Shown: positions 7,405 through 14,382 of the stretch, in pieces
How positions within the stretch are numbered: the first letter of the stretch is position 1
Layout: the number at the start of each line of letters is the position of its first letter
Origin: a virus
Strand: one strand, 5' to 3'
Length of the DNA stretch: 42,310 nucleotides
Virus record (IMG/VR): IMGVR_UViG_3300043538_000001
Span: 1-42,310 of that record
The notes under the pieces: model-generated
The model's database searches: none
The model's input: only the letters and a program-made list of their open reading frames with translations
What the model was told of the DNA's origin: nothing
Program-made: the position numbers and the translations under genes

Positions 7405-7811
7405 GCGGCCGCGGGATGGTTCTGCTAGTCTTCGGCGGGCTGGTCGGCGGAGTCGCCTGGATCTTGTGGCGTTCTTTCCTTGAGCCCTTGGTTTGGCCGG
7501 ACCAGGCGCCGGCCGACATCCCGGCGCTCGCGATCGTGCCGACGTTCCCGAAGCCGATTCCGGAAACCGCTGTCCCCGCGGTCCCGGCTTACCTGGTCGA
7601 TCCGTTCGTGTTCGCCGACGCGCGCCTGGGGATCGCGATGCTCGCTGGATGGCCGGTCGTCGCCAACGTCCGGACCGAGGTCGATCTCTGGATCTTCCGA
7701 GTTCACGGGGATCACTGGTGTACAGTCCGAAAAGCGACGCTCAACGATCTCGAGACGATCGAGAACCTCAAGCGATACGCGCGGCCGTTGCTTTTGCTGA
7801 GGGCGCAATAA
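7401..7811 (+). CDS. N-terminally membrane-anchored hypothetical protein (136 aa)
   Basis: TTG 7401 overlaps the upstream stop (TTGA); ATG 7416 is an alternative start. The N-terminal TM is MVLLVFGGLVGGVAWILW. Confidence 0.6.
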   Translation: MSGRGMVLLVFGGLVGGVAWILWRSFLEPLVWPDQAPADIPALAIVPTFPKPIPETAVPAVPAYLVDPFVFADARLGIAMLAGWPVVANVRTEVDLWIFRVHGDHWCTVRKATLNDLETIENLKRYARPLLLLRAQ

Positions 7812-8056
7812 TGGAACTCCCCGCGTGGGCATTCGAACCGGAAGGAAGGGTTAGCGCAGATGGCTCGATCGACATGGTTTTCCGACTCCGATTCGCCGGC
7901 CGATTCTGGCTCGCATTTTGCGCGCTCCTCGAGCTCATCAGGACCGGGACGATCACGATCGCGATCCGCTTCCAGGAAGGCCGGCCGGCGCTCTTCCACG
8001 GGGACGACCAGATCGAACCCCACGTCGAGGAACCCGACCCCGACGTCCCGTTCTAA
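7811..8056 (+). CDS. Hypothetical protein (81 aa)
   Basis: ATG 7811 overlaps the upstream TAA (TAATG). Trimmed from ORF 7493..8056. Confidence 0.55.
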   Translation: MELPAWAFEPEGRVSADGSIDMVFRLRFAGRFWLAFCALLELIRTGTITIAIRFQEGRPALFHGDDQIEPHVEEPDPDVPF

Positions 8057-8059
8057 CTC

Positions 8060-8590
8060 GTGAAGAAAAAGCCGAAGGAAAAGCCGACCCGTGTAGTCGT
8101 CGAACGCCGGCGAACCGCATCTCTCACGAAAACGGCGAACGAGCTCAACCTGCAAAAGCGGCACGTCCAGGTCCTCGCGCGCGAGGGAATGCCGAAAGCG
8201 AACGGGAAGGGGATCTACTACATCGACGAGTGTCTTCGATGGTACGTCCGCTATTTGCAACACAAGCTCCGACATCGCGGGAACCCGAAAGGCGAGGACG
8301 AACCGGCTTCGCCGGCGGCGACCGCGAAGCATCAGATCCTCAGCGTCGACCTCGCGCTCAAGGAAATCGAACTCGCCGCAAAGCGCGAGGAGCTCATCCC
8401 GATCGAGGTCGTCCAGCGGGACGTCGCCGGTCTCGTGATGGAGGTCCGGACCAGGATCCTATCGCTTCCCCCCAGGCTCGCGGCCGAGGTCCTCGGCGAA
8501 ACCGACCTCGCCGTTTCCCAGGTCAAGATCGACAAGAGTTTGAAACGCGCGCTCGAGGCGCTCTCGAAGTATGAACCAGGCGCAAAGTAA
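8060..8590 (+). CDS. terS: Terminase small subunit, Nu1-like
   Basis: GTG start. The N-terminal HTH (TKTANELNLQKRHVQVLAREGMPK...GKGIYYIDECLRWYVRYL) parallels lambda Nu1, and a coiled coil follows. It lies directly upstream of, and overlaps, the GpA-type large subunit gene. Confidence 0.75.
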   Translation: MKKKPKEKPTRVVVERRRTASLTKTANELNLQKRHVQVLAREGMPKANGKGIYYIDECLRWYVRYLQHKLRHRGNPKGEDEPASPAATAKHQILSVDLALKEIELAAKREELIPIEVVQRDVAGLVMEVRTRILSLPPRLAAEVLGETDLAVSQVKIDKSLKRALEALSKYEPGAK

Positions 8591-10538
8591 ACCGGTCCGC
8601 GAGGTCGATCCCGCGGCGCTGCGCAACTTCCGAAAGCGGATCAAGCTCTCGATCGCGCTCTTCCGTCCCCCCGAGGATCTGACCGTCTCGGAGTGGGCCG
8701 AGCGTTTTCGGATTATGCCGAAGGGAACGACCGATCGACCTGGACCGTTCCGTGCGGAGAAGTTTCAAATCGAGATGATGGACGCCATCCTCGAGCCCGC
8801 GGTTCATGAGGTCGTAATCCAGAAGGGCGCTCAGATCGGATACTCCGACGCCATCCTAAACAACCTGGTCGGTTACTTCGTCGACGTCGACCCCAAGCCG
8901 ATCATGATGGTCCACATCACGATCGACAACGCGAAGGACTACGGGAAAAAGCGGATAACGCCGATGATCCAGGCGACGCCGTCTCTCCGGGACAAGATCC
9001 GCGATCGCATCTCTCGAGCATCGGGCAACACGCTCGCGCTCAAAGAATTCCCCGGCGGGTTCTTGAAACTGACCGGCGCGAACGCCGGCTCGGGACTCCG
9101 GTCGGATCCGGTCCCGATCGTGCTCTTCGATGAGATCGACGGCTATCCCCTCGACGTCGACGGCGAGGGCGATCCGATTGCGCTCGGGACGGCGCGAACC
9201 GATGCTTTCGCGAACTTCAAGATCGTAAAGGGCTCGACGCCGTCGAAACCGAAAGGGACCTCGCCGATCGAGAAGGCCTACGAGAAGAGCGACCAGCGCG
9301 AGTTCTTTGTCCCGTGTCCGGAATGCTCCCACATGCAACCGCTCAGATGGCGCGATCGCGACGAGGCCAAAGAGTACCGGCTCGTCTACACGGTCGACGA
9401 CGATGGGCAAGTCGTCCCGAGCTCCGTTGCCTATATTTGCGTTTCGTGCAAAGCGCGGATCCCGGAGTACCGAAAGCAATCCATGCTCGACGCCGGCGCC
9501 TGGGTCGCGGCGTTCCCAGGCCGGCCGGTCGTCGGGTTCTACATCAACGCGCTCTATTCGCCGTGGCGCCAAAACTGGAGAGCGCTCGCGCAAGAGTGGC
9601 ACGAGGCGAACGCCGAAAAGAACCCCGAGAAAATGAAAGCGTTCATCAACCTCAAGCTCGGCGAGGCGTGGGAAGAGGCCGGCGATTCGCTCGAACCGCA
9701 TGCTCTTCGACGCCGATGCGAGGAGTATCCCGCGGACGTTCCGACCGGCGTCGCGCTACTGACCGCGGCCGTCGACGTCCAGGGCGATCGCCTCGAGGTC
9801 GCGGTCAAGGGCTGGGGGAAGGGCGAGGAGAGCTGGCTGATCGCGCAGCAAGAGTTTATGGGCGATCCCGGGAAGGGCGAGGTTTGGGAAGACGTCGACG
9901 AGTTCTTGCTCACCGAGTTCGAACACGAGAGCGGCCGGACGATGCGAGTCGCCGCGGCGTTCGTCGATTCCGGCGGGCACAACACCGACGACGTTTACCG
10001 GTTCGTGAAACCGCGGCAACGGCGCCGGATCTTCGCATGCAAGGGAACCAGCGAACCAGGAAAAGAGATCCTCGGGAAGTTCTCGCGTAACAATTCCTAC
10101 CGCGTCAAGCTCTACATCCTCGGGGTCGACACGGCGAAAGATCGGATCTTTGCGCGCATGAAGATCCCCGTGCCTGGTCCCGGTTACATGCATCTCTCGA
10201 CCGACGTCTCGGACGAGTATCTCGCGCAGCTCACGGCCGAAAAGCGGGTTCGCCGGTTCCGGAAGAGCGGCAAGATGGTCCGCGAGTACATCAAAACCAG
10301 GTCGAGGAACGAGGCGCTCGATCTCGAGGTCTATTGCCTCGCGGCGCTGTACAGTCTCGGCGCCTGGAAGCTCCGCCGGCTCGCCGAATTGGCCGAAGAG
10401 ATGGCGATGCCCCCGGACGTCGAGCCCGCGGATCCCGAACCCGAACCCGACGACCAGGACCAAGATACCCCGGAACCCCCCAAACATAACCCTCTGAGGA
10501 GCCTCAGGGGAACGTCGGGATGGGTCAAGAGCTGGTAG
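8571..10538 (+). CDS. terL: Terminase large subunit, lambda GpA family
   Basis: 655 aa. VSEWAERFRIMPKGTTDRPGPFRAEKFQIEMMDAI...VIQKGAQIGYSDAILN... is the characteristic Terminase_GpA N-terminus with its Walker A-like segment. Size and position fit. Confidence 0.9.
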   Translation: MNQAQSKPVREVDPAALRNFRKRIKLSIALFRPPEDLTVSEWAERFRIMPKGTTDRPGPFRAEKFQIEMMDAILEPAVHEVVIQKGAQIGYSDAILNNLVGYFVDVDPKPIMMVHITIDNAKDYGKKRITPMIQATPSLRDKIRDRISRASGNTLALKEFPGGFLKLTGANAGSGLRSDPVPIVLFDEIDGYPLDVDGEGDPIALGTARTDAFANFKIVKGSTPSKPKGTSPIEKAYEKSDQREFFVPCPECSHMQPLRWRDRDEAKEYRLVYTVDDDGQVVPSSVAYICVSCKARIPEYRKQSMLDAGAWVAAFPGRPVVGFYINALYSPWRQNWRALAQEWHEANAEKNPEKMKAFINLKLGEAWEEAGDSLEPHALRRRCEEYPADVPTGVALLTAAVDVQGDRLEVAVKGWGKGEESWLIAQQEFMGDPGKGEVWEDVDEFLLTEFEHESGRTMRVAAAFVDSGGHNTDDVYRFVKPRQRRRIFACKGTSEPGKEILGKFSRNNSYRVKLYILGVDTAKDRIFARMKIPVPGPGYMHLSTDVSDEYLAQLTAEKRVRRFRKSGKMVREYIKTRSRNEALDLEVYCLAALYSLGAWKLRRLAELAEEMAMPPDVEPADPEPEPDDQDQDTPEPPKHNPLRSLRGTSGWVKSW

Positions 10539-10549
10539 ACGGAGGGGGA

Positions 10550-10617
10550 ATAACCTAACGTATGGTAACCATTCACTCATGTCACTTTCGTGACCTTGAT
10601 ACCATACGTTAGGTTAT
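10550..10617 (+). repeat. Perfect 18-bp inverted repeat (ATAACCTAACGTATGGTA / TACCATACGTTAGGTTAT) around a 32-nt spacer that holds a second 5-bp hairpin
   Basis: Arms are at 10550-10567 and 10600-10617. The inner stem is GTCAC (10581-10585) / GTGAC (10590-10594). The element is AT-rich in a high-GC genome, starts 12 nt after the terL stop, and has no U-tract after it. Confidence 0.9.
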
Positions 10618-10681
10618 GTAGACTCGTTTCAGTCAGCAAGCAAGCGGGTCGCGCAAGGCGATCCCGAAACGAGGCGAAACA

Positions 10682-10888
10682 ATGAAAACCAACTCCTACA
10701 CCGGCCGCATGATCGAGTCGCTCATCGCGAGCGTCGAGAAAGTCCAACCTACCCCCAACCCAACCCCCGAGCCCGCGAGCACCGACCTGGAAACCCAGAT
10801 CCAGGAGATCATCGAAGGACGTCTCGGCGGCGACGCTGACTTTTGGGGCTCGCTTCCGGATGCTCCTCGCCGCGGTCGTGCCGCCTAA
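10682..10888 (+). CDS. Hypothetical small acidic protein (68 aa)
   Basis: ORF with an ATG start, first gene of the insert between terL and the gpW-like gene. No motif recognised. Confidence 0.5.
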   Translation: MKTNSYTGRMIESLIASVEKVQPTPNPTPEPASTDLETQIQEIIEGRLGGDADFWGSLPDAPRRGRAA

Positions 10889-10969
10889 CCTTTTATTTTC
10901 GGGAGTAGTACCTCAGTAACTACCGGTAACAGCCTACAGCGCGGTTATGCTCGTCCCTGGGGGGCGGGC

Positions 10970-11284
10970 ATGGGAAGGAAACCGAAATTGTCAAATTGGG
11001 GAGTTATTGGCGGCAGCATCAAAACCGAGGCGAAAGCGAAGTCCTCGGCGCTTAACGGCCGGATGGGGGGTCGTCCCCGGAACGATGGCGCGGAACCAGT
11101 CGGTCAGTCCTACCACGCGGCAATCGTCGACTCCATCAAGCTCGAGAACAAGATCAAGAGCTACCAGAAAAAACGCTACTATCTGATCTCCCCCAAGCTG
11201 AGAAACGAGCTCGATCAGATCCTGGTCGACCTCGCGGACCTGAAAAAAGAATGGGCCAAGCAACTCAAGAAAAGGGGACTATGA
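10970..11284 (+). CDS. Hypothetical basic protein (104 aa) with a KGG-like N-terminus and a coiled-coil C-terminus
   Basis: MGRKPKLSNWGVIGGSIKTEAKAKSSALNGRMGGRPR resembles the GG...NGxxGGRP stress-protein-type repeat. Its stop overlaps the next start (ATGA). Confidence 0.55.
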   Translation: MGRKPKLSNWGVIGGSIKTEAKAKSSALNGRMGGRPRNDGAEPVGQSYHAAIVDSIKLENKIKSYQKKRYYLISPKLRNELDQILVDLADLKKEWAKQLKKRGL

Positions 11285-11799
11285 AACTCATCACGTTTGT
11301 CGCGTTCGTCGCTCTGATCGCCGGTCGTGCGATCGCTCAGGATCCGGGAATGTACGTCGACCAGGCCGGCTCACTGGTCAAGATGCAGCACGCGCGCGCT
11401 CCCGAGGTCGGGACCAAAGGCGTCGTGAAAAGCATGTTCGTCCCCGGCGTGATGCCGGCGGGCGTTTGGATCTACCCCGGAACGACGTCCGGCGTCCCAA
11501 CGTCGAGCCGACCGCGGTTCACCTACCAGGTACGGCCGAACCAGGAGGTCCGACTCGACTCCCTGGTCCTGATCCGGCTCGACCGGAAAGGCGATCGCCG
11601 CGAGGTCCGCTTCGTTCGGACGAGCGCCTGGACCGGAAACACTCGATCAGGATTCGACGCAAAGAATACGGTCGAGCTAGTCTCAAAGCGCGACGGGAAC
11701 GTGATCCAGCTCTCGCCGGCGGCCGACCTCGCGCCTGGGGAGTATCTCCTGACGGCCGACTCGAACCCGATCGGCTACGACTTCACGGTTTCAAAGTAG
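11281..11799 (+). CDS. Secreted or periplasmic protein with a cleavable signal peptide (172 aa)
   Basis: ATG 11281 is ATGA-coupled to the upstream gene. MKLITFVAFVALIAGRAIA|QDPG is a classic Sec signal with an AxA site. The mature part is beta-rich and ends ...LAPGEYLLTADSNPIGYDFTVSK. Confidence 0.7.
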   Translation: MKLITFVAFVALIAGRAIAQDPGMYVDQAGSLVKMQHARAPEVGTKGVVKSMFVPGVMPAGVWIYPGTTSGVPTSSRPRFTYQVRPNQEVRLDSLVLIRLDRKGDRREVRFVRTSAWTGNTRSGFDAKNTVELVSKRDGNVIQLSPAADLAPGEYLLTADSNPIGYDFTVSK

Positions 11800-12046
11800 G
11801 CGGCGCGCCAAGTTCCATCACGGCTTCGACCAGGGCGATCAGCGACGAGATCAGATCTCCCTTGTGTACCCTCGGCTCTTCGGGCTCGTTTTCCATTTCC
11901 AGGACCTCCGGAAGTCAGAAGTTCTCATCGATCGAGAGAAATCGTCTGCCCCGTTTTGCTCACGGCGATCGCGGTTCCAAACACGGCGGTCCCAACTGAC
12001 CGAAACCCGCTATAATCCAGCCATCCTCGAAGTGTTGAGCAACCTC

Positions 12047-12076
12047 GGAGCCCGCGCTGAGGCGGGCTCCTTTTTT
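12047..12076 (+). terminator. Rho-independent terminator
   Basis: GGAGCCCGC (12047-12055), a 6-nt loop, GCGGGCTCC (12062-12070), then TTTTTT (12071-12076). Confidence 0.8.
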
Positions 12077-12145
12077 GTTACTTCGGTCCTTTTGCCGAGC
12101 CGAGCTTCTATTTAATCTCGCGCGCTCGGGATAGCTTCCGGAGTA

Positions 12146-12763
12146 ATGCCTCCCATTATTCCGGACGAGGTTCCGACGATCATGGTCGCCGGGACGACCG
12201 TGAAATTCCATCGATCCTTCGACGATTTTCAAGCGTCCGACGGCTGGGGCTACACGTTTTACGCAAACGGCGCCGCGAACATCTTCAACAAAGCGGCATC
12301 GATCAACCCCGACGGCAACTCATTCGACATCGTCCTCGATGCTTCTCTGACCGCGTCGATCGCGCCTGGTCGCTACACCGTGGCCGAGCGTTTGTCAAAT
12401 TCCATCACGAGCGAGGTCGTTCATCCGACGCGCGACCTTCAGCAACTTCTCATCGAGGGAAACGTCGCGACGGCGTCGGCGGGCGCCTACATTTCGCATA
12501 TAGAACGAACTCTCGCGGTCATCGAGGCCGCGATCGAGGGGCAGCTCACCACGGGCATGCTCAGTTATCAGATCGCCGGCCGCTCGGTCGTGAAGATCCA
12601 GCCGAAAGAGCTTCTCCAGTTCCGCGGTTACTACAAGTCGAAACTTTGGCGACTCCAGAACCCCGGGCAGCTCGGGGCGCCGGTCCTCATCACGTTCTCG
12701 AATGAAGCGGAAGATCCGACGTTCCCCCCGACCTGGGTCGACGTCACCGGGGTCGGGCTATGA
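12146..12763 (+). CDS. Head completion protein with a gpW-like C-terminal domain and a ~120-aa N-terminal extension
   Basis: It sits immediately upstream of the portal, as lambda W does. The C-terminus LAVIEAAIEGQLTTGMLSYQIAGRSVVKIQPKELLQFRGYYKSKL follows the gpW pattern (lambda: [44 protein letters not shown]). Confidence 0.55.
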   Translation: MPPIIPDEVPTIMVAGTTVKFHRSFDDFQASDGWGYTFYANGAANIFNKAASINPDGNSFDIVLDASLTASIAPGRYTVAERLSNSITSEVVHPTRDLQQLLIEGNVATASAGAYISHIERTLAVIEAAIEGQLTTGMLSYQIAGRSVVKIQPKELLQFRGYYKSKLWRLQNPGQLGAPVLITFSNEAEDPTFPPTWVDVTGVGL

Positions 12764-14367
12764 GGAGATCGCGGGGGACCTGGATCGGCCGAGTCGCTCG
12801 CAAGGCAGTATTAGCGGTCGGGAGCTCGGTCGGGCTCTCACTCTCGAGGTCGAACGCAACCGTCTACACCGGCGCCGCGGGGACCAGGCTCACTCTCGAC
12901 TGGATCGCGACGATCCTTTCGGCCGACCAGGAGATCCGCGGGAACCTCCGACTCCTCAGGGCTCGCGGCCGCGAACTCTCCCGAAACAATCCAATCGCGA
13001 AAAACTTCCTCAACCTACTCGCCGCGAACGTCGTCGGTCACAAGGGGATCGGCTATCGTCCCCAGGTTCGGAACAACGACGGGCAGCTTGCGCAACCGAT
13101 CAACAAAAAGATCGCGGCCGCGTGGGAAGATTGGGGCAAAAAAGGGACCTGTACGGTCGACGGAAAATTGTCGTGGAGAGCTCTCCAAGATCTCGCGCTC
13201 AAGAACGTCGCGACCGACGGCGAGGTTTTTATCCGCAAGATCAAGGGCTATCGCGGGAACAAGTACCGTTTCGCTCTTCAGCTCATCGACTCCGATCAAT
13301 GCGATCACCTGTACAACGTTCCCCCATCGAAAGACGGGAACGAGATCCGGCTCGGGATCGAGGTCGACAAGTGGGGTCGGCCGCTCGCCTATTACATCAA
13401 CCCTGGTCATCCCTCCGACCTCGGCGGCTCGCTTCTCCGCGAGCGGATCTCGGCCGACGAGATCATTCATCTCTACGACGTCGAGCGCGTCTCGCAAACC
13501 CGCGGCGTGACCTGGTTTCACGCCGTGATGATGCAGCTCCGCATGCTCGAGGGTTACGTCGAGGCCGAGCTGGTCGCCGCGCGCACGGGCGCCGCGAAGA
13601 TGGGATGGCTCGAGCACACCGACCCCGAGGGCTATGAGGATCCGAATCCGGACAAGAAGTACACGTTCGACGCGAGTCCCGGAACGATCGAGACGCTCCC
13701 CCCTGGCATGAAGTTCACCGCATGGAACCCCGATCACCCCTCGAACGCTTTCCCGAATTTCGTCGTTACGATCATGCGGCAAATCGCGACCGGTCTCGGC
13801 GTCAGCTATAACGCGCTCGCGTCCGACCTGGTCGGCGTCAACTACTCCTCGATGCGGTCCGGACTCCTGATCGAGCGCGACCAGTGGAAGCGCGATCAGT
13901 CCTGGCTCATCGAGTCGCTTTGTGATCCCGTGATGATGGATTTTCTCGACTTTGCCTTGCTCTCAGGAGCGCTCGCGCTCGACTCTCGGGATCCCGCAAA
14001 GTTCGCGGCCGGCAAGTGGGAGCCGAGGGGCTGGCAATGGGTCGACCCGCTCAAAGACGTCCAGGCCGCGGTCCTCGCGATCGGAGCTCGTCTCAAGAGT
14101 CGCGATTCGATCGTCGCCGAAACCGGCGAGGACATCGAGGAAGTGTTCGAGCAGATCTCGAACGAAGAAGACATGGCCGACGCGCTCGACCTCGATCTCA
14201 CTCTTCCGAGTGCAACGAAACCAACCGGCGCGCCGGTCGATCAGTCAGAGGAAGACAACAAAGACAGCGAGCCCGCGTCCGGCGGCGCCGATTCGAAGAA
14301 GAACGCGAGATTGTTGTTCATGCGGCAAGCGTTTCAGCGCGCTCTAGTAGCAAAAACCGACGACTAG
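12760..14367 (+). CDS. Portal protein, lambda gpB family
   Basis: 535 aa, with the ATG overlapping the upstream stop (ATGA). ...LSADQEIRGNLRLLRARGRELSRNNPIAKNFLNLLAANVVGHKGIGY...DGEVFIRKI... is typical of Phage_portal_2. The C-terminus is acidic. Confidence 0.85.
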   Translation: MRRSRGTWIGRVARKAVLAVGSSVGLSLSRSNATVYTGAAGTRLTLDWIATILSADQEIRGNLRLLRARGRELSRNNPIAKNFLNLLAANVVGHKGIGYRPQVRNNDGQLAQPINKKIAAAWEDWGKKGTCTVDGKLSWRALQDLALKNVATDGEVFIRKIKGYRGNKYRFALQLIDSDQCDHLYNVPPSKDGNEIRLGIEVDKWGRPLAYYINPGHPSDLGGSLLRERISADEIIHLYDVERVSQTRGVTWFHAVMMQLRMLEGYVEAELVAARTGAAKMGWLEHTDPEGYEDPNPDKKYTFDASPGTIETLPPGMKFTAWNPDHPSNAFPNFVVTIMRQIATGLGVSYNALASDLVGVNYSSMRSGLLIERDQWKRDQSWLIESLCDPVMMDFLDFALLSGALALDSRDPAKFAAGKWEPRGWQWVDPLKDVQAAVLAIGARLKSRDSIVAETGEDIEEVFEQISNEEDMADALDLDLTLPSATKPTGAPVDQSEEDNKDSEPASGGADSKKNARLLFMRQAFQRALVAKTDD

Positions 14368-14382
14368 AAAAGGGGCTGGCAG

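Noticed and set aside
8856-10580. Long minus-strand ORFs (8856-9701, 9756-10580). Others of the same kind are 13015-13782, 21277-22035, 25753-26649, 39751-40347 and 40464-11132's neighbour 40464-41132.
   Set aside because: They lie antisense to + strand genes with clear family motifs. Their products are Arg/Pro/Asp-rich and lack motifs. Long spurious antisense ORFs are expected in high-GC DNA with few stop codons.
10550-10617. The 18-bp inverted repeats as termini of a miniature transposable element.
   Set aside because: There is no flanking target-site duplication, the element is only 68 bp, and no second copy is visible in the window.
12011-12016. A perfect TATAAT hexamer as the promoter of a short transcript ending at the 12047-12076 terminator.
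   Set aside because: There is no acceptable -35 element at 16-19 bp spacing. The host, and therefore its promoter consensus, is unknown, and a single hexamer is expected by chance.
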